Below, piece after piece: positions 42,031 to 53,305 of a DNA stretch of 64,000 nucleotides. This stretch comes from Saccostrea echinata. Lineage: Eukaryota. The notes below the pieces were generated by a model. It worked only from the letters and a program-made list of their open reading frames with translations, was not told the DNA's origin and did not search any database. The stretch's first letter is position 1, and every line of letters begins with the position of its first letter. The stretch is taken from the NCBI RefSeq assembly GCF_033153115.1, contig NW_026889805.1, positions 9,796,001 through 9,860,000 on the forward strand, read 5' to 3'. The position numbers and the translations under genes were made by a program.

Positions 42031-43114
42031 TCTGCAATTGAAGATAGGTACAATTAAATCAAAGATAGGTCCAAATGAATTACAAATCAGTGTAAAGAAA
42101 ATGACACCTATCTTTAAATAATTCAATCTAGGTTTAAATGATTTACACCTCTTTAGTGCCATTACAGATAGGTTCAATTGAATTATTTCAATTGATTTAA
42201 ATTGAATTATTTAAATTGCCTTAAAGATGGGTAAAATTAAAATATCTCCACAAAGGATTTGAAGATAGTTACAGGCCAATTATGTGTAGGTTTAATTGCA
42301 TTGCATCTATCTTTAAATCGATTATACCTATCTTTAATTCTTGCTATTCTTACCTGTCTTCAATTCTGTTAAATCGGTCACGGTAGCCTAGTGGTAGGGT
42401 GCTCGCTTCGTGATCGGGAGGCCTTGGTTCGATTTTCGTTCGCCGTGCCGCATAAAACCTAAGACGTTAACATAGGTAGACTGTTCCTTCCCCAAGTGCT
42501 CGGCACGAGAAGTGAAAGTCGCGGGTCTTTTTGGATGAGACCTTAAAGCTATATGTGGCGTATCTGAGCTAAAAAATAAAAATACGAGATTGAGTGTAGA
42601 TAAACATGATACATGTTATTTACATTCAAATTAAAATTTTCACCGACTTTGAACTTGAATAACCTCATGTTTCCATAGTTAAATTGATTTTAAACTGTCT
42701 GTTAATTAAATGCGGAGTCGGTAAATAAATCGGTTAATGTTTTAAATTTCTAATATCTTTGAATCCTGATTGATTTAAATTGTGTACTTTACAGGAAAGT
42801 CCTATCTTTATATAAAGTAATAAAACAAATAGAAAGATCTTTTTAATTTTATAGTTAGTCTGAACTTATGTGAATTTATGTATATAAATAAATTTATGTG
42901 ATCTAAATGCCTACAGAATTGTGTTATTTTGATTTATTAATAATGTTGTATGAATGCATGGGTCTTGAGGGGTTTTTCCGGGTTTAAGTTTTTATGCGCC
43001 CCTATTGACGGCTATTAGCCTCACCCCTATCAAAATAACGTTTGGCTCCAAAAAGCGTGGTTTAAAAGTTTTACAAGTTTTTATCTTTGTGTGAGTATTT
43101 ATATTGTGTAAATC

Positions 43115-43720
43115 ATGCAGAATAGTGTATTGATTCTTGGTCATTCATTTATCGTGCGTCTGCAGCGGTTCATGAATCGTTCGGAGCATTTAAAGGTCAA
43201 TCTTGGTCTGAATCTCAGGGAAAAAGTATATTACAGAGGATATTCGGGTTGCACAATCGATAGGCTATCGGTAAGGGGCTTACGAGAAGTTGATAGATTT
43301 AAACCCGCTCTGGTGTGTCTACAGATAGGTTCGAACGATTTGTGTAACTTAGATGTTCAGGTATACGACCTGGTTGAAAAAATAGTTTCATTCATCGAGA
43401 AGCTCCAGGGTCGTGGAGTGCAGAGAGTATGTGTTTATCAAATTCTGCATAGAAAACCACCAGGTAAACCTGGCAGATTTTCAGTAGACGTTGAATGGTT
43501 CAATGCCAGGGTGGATGTGGTTAATAGGCTTTTGAATGATAGGTTAGACAGAGATTTTGGCTCTGGTGTCAGGTTCTGGCGGCACTCTGGATTTTGGTCA
43601 CAAGAAAATAAGAAAATTGTGTACTGTGAAGATGGTGTGCACCTAAATGAGACATACGGGTACCCAAAATATTACAACAGTGTCAGGGCATCAGTTGTTT
43701 CAGCCCTTAAAAGCTTGTAA
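43115..43720 (+). CDS. SGNH/GDSL hydrolase ORF carried by the Ngaro element
   Basis: Intact 201-aa ORF with blocks I LGHS, II RGYSG, III IGSND and V DGVH; located just inside repeat A1. Confidence 0.85.
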   Translation: MQNSVLILGHSFIVRLQRFMNRSEHLKVNLGLNLREKVYYRGYSGCTIDRLSVRGLREVDRFKPALVCLQIGSNDLCNLDVQVYDLVEKIVSFIEKLQGRGVQRVCVYQILHRKPPGKPGRFSVDVEWFNARVDVVNRLLNDRLDRDFGSGVRFWRHSGFWSQENKKIVYCEDGVHLNETYGYPKYYNSVRASVVSALKSL

Positions 43721-43893
43721 GTAGTTGTATAAAACTTGAATACAAATACAATGTATTGTCTTGAATACAAATCAATTTATTGTGTTGGGATCAACATGGT
43801 GTAGCTTGCATTTAATGTCCTTGTTTTATCATGAACTTATGTTGTTGGTACATCAGGCAATGCAACTAATTGACCAATGTTTATCTACTATGA

Positions 43894-44064
43894 NNNNNNN
43901 NNNNNNNNNNNNNNNNNNNNNNNNNNNNNNNNNNNNNNNNNNNNNNNNNNNNNNNNNNNNNNNNNNNNNNNNNNNNNNNNNNNNNNNNNNNNNNNNNNNN
44001 NNNNNNNNNNNNNNNNNNNNNNNNNNNNNNNNNNNNNNNNNNNNNNNNNNNNNNNNNNNNNNNN
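43894..44064. other. Assembly gap
   Basis: N run. Confidence 1.
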
Positions 44065-44364
44065 CATAAAACTGGAGTATATTGTCATTTGTTGTTCACC
44101 TCGTAAAAGTTACATTCAGTCGATCATTTTGTTTTCATTATTTGCCATAGGGTTAGATGCATGAAAGTGTAATGGGTTGTTTTAAGCAGGTGTTCACAAT
44201 GCAGATTATGGTTGTTTGTTTCTGGACCTCTTAAGGGAGATTAAGGTGTTTCTATGGTTTGTATAAAAAAAAAAAATGATGATTTATATTTAAAAATAAA
44301 GATAGAAATCTGGTGTTTTTTTATATGAGGGTATGGTCAATTGGACCGATACAGACAACCATGG

Positions 44365-45130
44365 TATTATGCCTTATATGGTTGGGCAGTATATACTACA
44401 TGTTTTGTCCCGCATGATCTGATTATGGTTGGGCTAGAAATACTAAAGCTCTATATGGTTGGGCTATATGTATCCCTGTATGGTTGGGCGCCATGGTGAT
44501 AGGCCCTGTATGGTCGGGCTTTTATATGTATAGCCCTGTATGGTTGGGCTATATGTATCCCAGTGGTTGGGCGCCATGGTGATATGCCCTGTATGGTTGG
44601 GCAATATATACTATAGCCCTATATGGTTGAGCTATATGTATTCCTTTATGATGTGGCACCATGATGTTATGCCCTGTATGGTTGGGCTATAAATGCTATA
44701 GCTCTATATGGTTGGGCTATATGTATCCCTGTATGGTTGGGCGCCATGGTGATATGCCCTGTATGGTTGGGCAATAAATACTATAGCCCTATATGGTTGA
44801 GCTATATGCATCCCTGTATGGTTGGGCGCCATGGTGTTTTGCCCTGTATGGTTGGGCAATAAATACTATAGCCCTATATGGTTGAGCTATATGCATCCCT
44901 GTATGGTTGGGCGCCATGGTGTTTTGCCCTGTATGGTTGGGCAATAAATACTATAGCCCTATATGGTTGGGCTTTATGTATCCCTGTATGGTTGGGCGCC
45001 ATGGTGTTTTGCCCTGTATGGTTGGGCAATAAATACTATAGCCTTATATGGTTGGGCTTTATGTATCCTTGTACAGTGAGTTGTCCTGTATGGTTGGACA
45101 TTTTATTTGATGCATCTGTACGGTTGAATA
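44365..45130. repeat. Minisatellite inside the Ngaro element: 25-30-bp subunits with core CCT(G/A)TATGGTTG(G/A)GC forming an 85-bp higher-order unit
   Basis: Unit starts at 44791, 44876 and 44961 (period 85 = 25+30+30); degenerates at both ends. Confidence 0.9.
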
Positions 45131-45807
45131 TACTTAACAAGTTTTGCCCTGTAGGGTAAAACACACATTATGCTCTTGTTATGTTTGATTAGACATTTTA
45201 TTTGATATATTCTGTAGGATTTTATATACTAATTGCAAGATTTACCCTATACGGTTGGGAACATATTATGGTTATGTATTATATATGATTGGACTTTTTT
45301 ATTTTAAATACCCTGCATGATTGGTTATACACATCCTTAGCAAGACTTGGCATGTATGCTTAGGCAATATGGTCATGGTGTGTTTGGTATGACATTTTAG
45401 TTGACATAGCCTGTGTAGTTGGAGGTACTTAACAAGCTCTGCCTTGTAGAGTTGGGTGCATATTATGCTTTTGTTATTTATGGTTTCACAAGGAAGTGGT
45501 AGATGTTAGGGTCCATCATGGCATGTCTTGTCTTCTGACAGTATCATACATTCATGAATCCTTTATGTGTGGTTTTGAGAGTGAGATACATACATAAAAT
45601 GGTATGTGGGTGTACATATATTTATATTGTTATAAGTACATATAACACAATAATCATTATAATGAATGATTTTATTCATGAAGCATCTATTTATGTAAGT
45701 TTTAAATCCTTTGCACGCATTGCATTTTCAGTGGTAAACTTCAGACTGTCTGACCCATTTACTATTTTGTCATAAAGAGTTTTGCTTATGAAGTTTTTTA
45801 CAGAAAA

Positions 45808-46790
45808 ATGCCTAGGGCCAAAACTGGTACCAAAAGAAAGAGTACCGATGTATCAAATAGAGGTACAGGTTCTAGGGCAAAGACAAGAAAGGCACAGAGG
45901 GTTGATGATGATGGTGAACATAAGGAGGAAGTTTTGGTTAGGAAGGTCACGCAAGCTGTATTGGAGGTCATGGATGAAAGGAACAAAACCACTGATACCA
46001 CAGGGGGAGGTGCTTCGGATAGTGACGATGAGTCCGACTCAGAGATTACCTTTAAGGAGATAGAAGGGTCAGATGATGAGTATGCCTCAAGTGAGGCAAT
46101 TGATACTTTTACTTGGTCAACTCCTATTTCGGCAATGATTCCACAAAAGCTTAAGCAAAAGATATGGGAAGATCAGTATATTGACCTCGCAGCACTACTT
46201 CCTGACAATTTAATTCCTTGCACCGAAAATAATGACTACACATTTAAATTAGGGAAGAATACTAACATTTCAGTAGTACCCAAAAAGGCAAAACAAACAA
46301 TTAATACCATATACCAGTGGACCACAGCATTTTTGCGTTTTGTTTCTGTCTATGCTGAAAAATTTCCAAACGAAACACCAAATTTATTAAAACATGCAGA
46401 GACAGTTCGTGATATGGCATCATCTGGAAATGTTTCTTGGCAAACATATGATAAACAAATTAGGATGGATAGGCAAAATAGGGGTACACCTTGGGGAAAG
46501 CTAAATGTTGAATTCATTCTTCAGGCACAGAGATCTAGGGAGGAAACTAAACAGCCTTTTCGTCCCTTCCGATCAAGGTTTGGACAAAGATTCTTGGGGA
46601 AAAACAGTACCCCAGAGGAATTTGCTGGACATATAATAGGGATGGGAGTTGCAAACTTGAAAACTGCAAATTTCAACACATTTGTGCAGGATGTAGAAAA
46701 AACCACCCTAAAACAAATTGCCGAGCACAAACAGTTAATAGAAGCCAAGTGCAGTATCCCGCAGGCAAAACAGCAAAACAACAATGAGGT
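45808..46790 (+). CDS. DIRS/Ngaro gag-like ORF (frameshifted before its C-terminal Cys/His knuckle)
   Basis: KQKIWEDQYIDLAALL, IYQWTTAFLRF, WQTYDKQIR and PWGKLN are typical DIRS gag motifs. In the -1 frame after ~46600 it reads QYPRGICWTYNRDGSCKLENCKFQHICAGCRKNHPKTNC (zinc knuckle). Confidence 0.8.
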
Positions 46791-48379
46791 TGTGACCCCT
46801 ATTATTCCTAATGTCCTGCAATATCTGTTACTAGGCTATGATGCAACAATTTCTGATTATTTGGTTTCAGGATTTAAGTATGGATTCGACTTACACTATC
46901 ATGGTCCGAGATATTTCAGAGCATCTAGGAATCTCTCTTCTGCTTTGCGCAACACAGTCATTGTTTGCAACAAGCTACAGAAAGAGCTTGATGCCCATAG
47001 AATTGCTGGGCCTTTTGTTTCACCCCCCTTTGAAAATCTTCAAATTTCCCCGATTGGTATTGTACCAAAGAAAGAACACGGTCAATTTAGACTCATACAC
47101 CATTTATCTTTTCCAGAAAAAAAATTCTATCAATGATTTTATTCCAGATACATTCACTAAAGTTCAATATGCTACTCTAGATGATGCTGTAAATATTATT
47201 GTCTTAATGGGGAAAGGTTGCCTTTTGGCCAAAACAGATGTAGAATCAGCTTTTCGGATTATACCTATTCGCAGAGAGGATCACGAATTACTGGGCTTTC
47301 AATGGGAAGGTCTCTTTTTTTATGATAAATGTTTGCCGATGGGTTGTGCGAGTTCCTGTGCTATTTTTGAAAAATTTTCTACGGCCTTAGAATGGATTGG
47401 TAAGGTTAAGGGACATATTCCTCACTTAACTCATGTGTTGGACGATTTTCTATTTATTGATCCACCTGCATCAGGTATATGTAATCAAAGTTTACAGGTG
47501 TTCAAACTTACATGTGAAAGTCTAGGTGTTTCTTTAAAAGAAGAAAAGACTGCTTGGGCAACTACAAAATTGGTATTTCTTGGTATTGAAATTGATACAT
47601 TGGCTATGGAAATTAGGTTGCCTTGTGAGAAATTGGAGAAATTAAAACAAGCTATAGATGCAATGAAATTTAAGCGAAAGGATCGCCTTAGAGAACTTCA
47701 ATCCTTAATAGGACTGCTTAATTTTGCTTGTCTGGTGGTTGTGCCAGGGCGTACATTCTTAAGGCGGCTCATTGACCTAACAAAAGGCCAATCTAAGCCT
47801 CACCATCACAAAGACATGGTTAGAGAGAGTAGGCGGGATTTGGCTGCTTGGTCATTATTTATAGATCACTTCAATGGGAAGTCATTATTATTTAAACATG
47901 TATGGGTGACATCCAAACAAATACATCTCTACACTGATGCAGCGGGTTCTCTAGGGTTTGGAGCTGTATTTGAAAAGAAATGGTTCTATGGGTCTTGGCC
48001 AGAAAATATGAAGGATTATGATATTACCCTCAAGGAATTATTCCCAATTGTGTTAGCTGTTGAATTATGGGGATCTAACTTAAAGAATTCGTGTGTCATA
48101 TTCCATTCTGATAATGCAGCAGTTGTTCACATTGTAAACTCGCAAACATCGAAAGATTCAAAAATCATGATTTTGGTGAGAAGATTAGTTTTGGCACTTA
48201 TGACATACAATATTCTATTTTCGGCTGAACACATTCCAGGAATGTTCAATATTTTACCAGACTTACTTTCACGCTTACAGATCGAGAAATTCAAAGAGGT
48301 GTCTGTGGATATGGAGGCCAAGCCTACAAGGATACCGATCCATCTTTTGCAACTCTCCAAAACACAGCATGTAGTTTAA
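46790..48379 (+). CDS. DIRS/Ngaro reverse transcriptase + RNase H (frameshift in the A-run at ~47120)
   Basis: VVTPI..L...GFKYGF, ISPIGIVPKKEHGQFRLIHHLSFP / SINDFI, KTDVESAFR, LPMGCASS, HVLDDF, LVFLGIEIDT; RNase H motifs LYTDAAGSLGFG, ELFPI, SDNAAVV, HIPG..N..PDLLSR. Confidence 0.92.
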
Positions 48380-48390
48380 TAGATGCAGCT

Positions 48391-49275
48391 TTGGCTCCTA
48401 ACACAAAGAAAGTTTACAGGCAGGCTCTAAATTGTTTTAGTGGTTTCATTCAGAGTTACTACAAGACTGATTGCATTAAAGAGGTTTCCCTTGGACAGGT
48501 TATGTGTTTTGTGTCATACCTATTCGGTTTAGGAAAAGCACCAAGCTCTATCTCAACTTACCTGGCAGCATGGGCTTACTATTTCAAAATGACAAATGCC
48601 CCAGATCTCTCCAATCATTTCTTAATCAAGAAAATGGTAAGTGGGGCAAAACGGCTTGTCAATTCGGCTGATATCTGACAACCTATTACTTTGGATATTC
48701 TTGGAAAGCTTCTGGTTGCAATACCACATGTAGCCAATTCTAAGTACCAAGCATGTTTGTACATGGCAATGTTTCTTTTAGCATTTTATGCTTTTCTAAG
48801 AGTGGGGGAAATCACAGTTCGTTCGGGCTCTAACCCAAACTTGTTGTTTCGAAGAAATGTTTCTTTCAGGCATGACAAAAAACAAGTCTACATGGTTGTT
48901 ACAATGATCAACTTCAAACACAATCTAGGTAAAAAACCTGTCCAGCTGGAAATAAATCCTCAACCCAACTGCAGCTTTTGTCCTGTGCAAGCTATGCGAA
49001 ATTATTTGGAGGTGCGAGGTGCAGAAGAAGGACCCCTATTTTGCTACAGATCAGGAAGACCCATCTCGCGCACAGAATTTTGTGAGGTTTTGAGATCAGC
49101 GCTTAGATTTGCCAAGCTTGATTCTAACAAATTTAAGGCACATAGTTTCAGAATAGGAGCAGCAACCCAGGCACATTTACAGGGTTTTTCAGATTCACAA
49201 ATAAGAGTCATGGGACGGTGGCACTCGGAGTCATTTCAGAGATACATTAGGGTCTCAATGTTTCCAACCTTTTAG
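48391..49275 (+). CDS. Tyrosine recombinase (YR) of the Ngaro element; one in-frame TGA at 48676-48678
   Basis: Catalytic R (AFLRVGE), K (FKH), HxxR (HSFRIGAA), W (MGRW) and Y (RYIR). The two ORF-track pieces are in the same frame, separated by ADI*QPIT (probable CGA>TGA). Confidence 0.92.
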
Positions 49276-51394
49276 TGTGAACAGGTTTTTATTAAGGGGG
49301 TAGAGACTCCAATTATAAAGGATAACTGGCTGAGACGGTATTCTTTATTTTGGTTATATGATTGCATTTTAAATGAAGGGGGATTCTGTCTGAGGCGGTT
49401 TCCTCTATTTTCCTTTTTTCGCGTAATAGATTGTTAATTCAATAGTTTCATAATCATATGTATGATTGTTTTAGTGCCAATTTTATGTTGTAATTATCTT
49501 TTATTATGAATGAGAGAGTTGCATTGCACCATTTTTGTATGTCTTCACTTCAAACTACATTAGCAGTTAAATTCAAGAAGAATTGGGTGACTATCTGAGG
49601 TGGCACTCAAGATTTCTTCTTTGTTTATGATATTGATGATTTGTATTAATTTTTCATGTCACTTTGAATTTATTCAGGGTTTGTTACAAGATATGTAATG
49701 TTTTTGTACATATGTTAATAACTTTCAACCTGTGAATGGATGGTGGAACCACATTGTACTAAGCCTAGTGTGTTTATATGTGAGAATTACTTATATGTGC
49801 AAGAACATTTGGATCATTTCCGTTATCCTTCGAGTGCATTAGGCGGGCTATGCAGATTCCTGTTGCTTGATGTTTTGATATCGGTTAACAGACAATATAC
49901 TAGTATATACTCGGTAAATGTCCGAACATGGCAAGGTTACACATGGGCAGGACAAAACAAGGAGCGAATGTAAAATAGAGATTATTCGAGTGAGAATGTA
50001 GATAATGTTTCGATGCTGTGTGGCTGATAACCTCAGTAATATTCAATATGTTGTAATGAATTTTATGTAAAATGCAAGGAGATAAAACTTTGTATTATCA
50101 ATTTTAAATTTAAATCATTTATTATTCCTCTTAAGTATTCCATTGATCTATATATCAATTTATTTGTATTAATATCATACTCATGCTGTATACATCAATT
50201 AACTGAAGCACATTTTTGGGTGGGGCGAGGGAACCTTCTCTGTAAGTTCACTGTCCCTCTTGTGGGATATTTTTTGGGCCCCACCTTCTGCTGCATTCTA
50301 AAATTGTAAAATTTGTCATTTTATTCGGCATTTGTAATAAATGCTCTATTCACAAATATTTGCTTTATTATTCGAATAGCTGCAGAACAGAGCTGCAAAT
50401 GTGCTTCAGGTACATAAACTGAATTATTCATTATTGCCTGCATTTAAGAGCACATAAGTGGATTTATGTATATAAATAAATTTATGTGATCTAAATGCCT
50501 ACAGAATTGTGTTATTTTGATTTATTAATAATGTTGTATGAATGCATGGGTCTTGAGGGGTTTTTCCGGGTTTAAGTTTCTATGCGCCCCTATTGACGGC
50601 TATTAGCCTCACCCCTATCAAAATAACGTTTGGCTCCAAAAAGCGTGGTTTAAAAGTTTTACCCACCTCCACCCCCTCAAACCTCCATGCACAATGTTAT
50701 TATTGTTCAGATTACTGGTTTTCTTTTGTTGAAGGTGTGGGATATTTTTTGGGCCCCACCTTCTGCTGCATTCTAAAATTGTAAAATTTGTCATTTTATT
50801 CGGCATTTGTAATAAATGCTCTATTCACAAATATTTGCTTTATTATTCGAATAGCTGCAGAACAGAGCTGCAAATGTGCTTCAGGTACATAAACTGAATT
50901 ATTCATTATTGCCTGCATTTAAGAGCACATAAAAAAAACGCCATATATGACTTTAAAAATCGAGGTCCCATGTCAGGGTAAACTTTGGTACGATAAAGAA
51001 CCCTCACTGTTCAATGGCTCTGAGTGCCGAGTATAGGTTTAAATTTGAAGCCCCTCACCGGCATATGGTGACGTCTCTATATGAGTGAAAAATTCTCGAA
51101 TGAGATTTTAAACAACAAACAATCAATCTATCAATTATATTATATTTTTATTCTCAAATCAATTTTACCTATCTCACAATGAATTAAAGATTTATTGAAC
51201 TGAACTTAACTTATCTTCAATTCATTTTGAGATAGGTACAATCGACTTGAGGATAGGTAAATTGTTTGAAAATAGATATAAATCAAATAATTGTTCCTCT
51301 CTTCAAATAACTGAACCTATCTCCAAATGAATTTAAGATTGGTATAATTGAAATTGTATATATTTGAAGATTCCTTTTCCGATCTCATCTCTTC

Positions 51395-53305
51395 TATTTA
51401 CAAATGTTCTGTCAAAAACTGTCAAACCTGTGATGTTTTGAGTACAAGCTGTTCTTTTACTAGAAATTTTACTGGACAGAGCTTAAATTATACCAAAACA
51501 TGGAAAATTTGAACTGCAAATCTACTGTTGTCTACTCGAAATATATACGAAATCTTTTGTTCCTGATACAGTAAACCAATGGAATAGTTTAAGTATTACC
51601 ACAAGAAACAGCTCAACTTTTAGTAGTTTCAAAAACAAAATACATAAAAAACCAGCAGACCCCCTCCTTATTTCTGTTATGGTAACAGACGACTTAGTAT
51701 CATACATACTAAACTACGACACAATTGTATTTTAAATTATGATCTTTATAAAAGAAACATTAGTGAGAGTCCTAATTGTTCATGTGGTACACCAGAAGAC
51801 CATATCATTTCTTCTTTGTATGTAATAAATATCAACATGCTAGAGAGGAACTATTTAGAAACCTACTGTGTCTTATTAAACCAAACACTAAATTGAATAT
51901 TATTGATTGTCACCTACTTCTGTGGGGAGATGAGTCACAAAATGTTGAAATCAATAAATATATTTTTCAATCTGTAAAAAATTTATAAGAGGTTCTGGCA
52001 GATTCAATTAATTATAACAGCCTTACACTAAAACTCTAGTTAGTTATATATTTATCATGTAATTAATGTATGTTTAAAACAAACATGTTTGTATATCAAT
52101 ATTTGTTTTCTATATATAGACCTTGACAGCTGTAGCCATTTATGGTGAGAACCTCGTAAGTTGTTAGAACTTGTGTTCAAACCATTTGTATATTATTTAT
52201 ACAATAAAATGTGTTCAAACTGTTGTCTACGGAATAGAAATAGAATGTACCCTTTGTGGTCTTATTTATGTTGGTGAAACCCAGGGTTCACTTAATAAAA
52301 GAATATCGGGGCATATATTTCAAATAAACAACAAGGGCCAGCAGCTTCTATACAAGCACTTTAATTTACCTTCTGTTTTGTAAATGAAAGTTAGAATTCT
52401 AGAAAAAAAATTTACATCATATTAATAGCCCATCATTAAGTACTCAGACTTTTGACATCATAGACAGCTGCTATTTCAATAAAAATGGAAGTCGTACATT
52501 TACTTTCCTTGTCATTGGTCATTTACAAAAATTATTGTGTTAAAAAAACATGTGATTGTACACACAAGTACTCCGAAATTGGTATTAAAAAGATGTTGAG
52601 TTTCTTTTTGACAATATCTATGTAGTTTTTAAAGATCAAGTCTTGAACAATCTGTCGGAATTCCCACCAATTGCGCCCCTTTATTAGCAGACCTGGTTTT
52701 ATATTCATATGAACCACAATTTATTCAAAAACTTCTACTTGGAAAAAAAAAAAAGAAAACCATTTGTTGTGCTCTTCAGCTTGACATTTAGATATATCGA
52801 CATCGTTTTATCAATTAACAATACTTGATTCCACTCATATGTCGACACGGTATATCCCAGTGAACTTGAAAGAAAAGATACCACAGAGTCTGACACATCT
52901 GTTTCATCTTTAGATATTTTACTAGAAAAAGGCGTAAATGGTAACCTAACAACAAAACTTTATGATAAACGTAATGACTTCAACTTTTCAATATTCAACT
53001 CTCCTTATTTATGTAGCAATATAATCTTATCACCTTCATATGAAGTTTATGTCTCCTAGTTGATTCGAATATGCAAGAGTATGCTTTACGTAGGAACAAT
53101 TTCTTAAACGAGGCAAGCTATTGAAAAACAAGTTGATGAAACAAGGATATCAAAAGTCTCTTTTGAAGTCGATATTTCGCAAGTTCTATGGATGATACAA
53201 TGACCTTGTCAGCAAATACAATATATCATTAAGTCAAATGCTGACTGACGTTTTTCAAACCAATTGTTAGGCAATTACTTACACACTGAATTGTCTACGG
53301 ATTCA
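51395..53305 (+). mobile_element. Penelope-like element with GIY-YIG endonuclease upstream of RT (Naiad-type), internally deleted and interrupted by a LINE
   Basis: YKCSVKNCQTCDVL...LNCKSTVVY (51395-51535) continues at 52219 as VVYGIE..CTLCGLIYVGETQGSLNKRISGH...YKHFN. RT remnants at 52560-53270 belong to the same family as the other copies. An inverted 3' fragment follows at ~53320-53530. Confidence 0.8.
51536..52218 (+). mobile_element. 5'-truncated LINE (CR1/L2-group ORF2 C-terminus + 3' UTR)
   Basis: KSFVPDTVNQWNSL...FKNKI...IHTKLRHNCILNYDL...SPNCSCG...HFFFVCNKY; AATAAA near the 3' end; 12-bp TSD ACTGTTGTCTAC (51524-35 and 52219-30). Confidence 0.85.

Larger units (their letters stand above)
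42870..50932 (+). mobile_element. Tyrosine-recombinase retrotransposon (DIRS order, Ngaro-type) with split direct repeats A1...B1-A2-B2
   Basis: A1 42874-43074 matches A2 50462-50662; B1 50261-50457 matches B2 50736-50932. ORF order is SGNH, gag, RT/RNaseH, YR. There is no adenine-methyltransferase domain between RH and YR. The element contains an N gap at ~43894-44064. Confidence 0.9.
42547..50952. mobile_element. TTAA-flanked TIR unit (Kolobok-like non-autonomous element) enclosing the Ngaro element
   Basis: TTAA at 42543-46 and 50953-56. Termini AGCTATATGTGGCGT ... ACGCCATATATGACT form an imperfect inverted repeat with AG..CT ends. Removing the unit restores the SINE sequence GAGACCTTAAAAA(T/G)CGAGG seen in the SINE copy at ~22030. 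Confidence 0.7.
42375..51133 (+). mobile_element. tRNA-derived SINE split in two (42375-42546 + 50953-51133) by the nested insertion
   Basis: The two halves align end to end with the intact SINE at 34766-35087. Confidence 0.85.

Noticed and set aside
44365-45130. CRISPR-like repeat/spacer appearance
   Set aside because: The linkers are only 9-14 nt and recur periodically; eukaryotic context with no cas genes; it is a minisatellite
48391-49275. Prophage integrase or bacterial contamination
   Set aside because: It is directly linked to DIRS gag/RT/RH and split direct repeats within eukaryotic repeats
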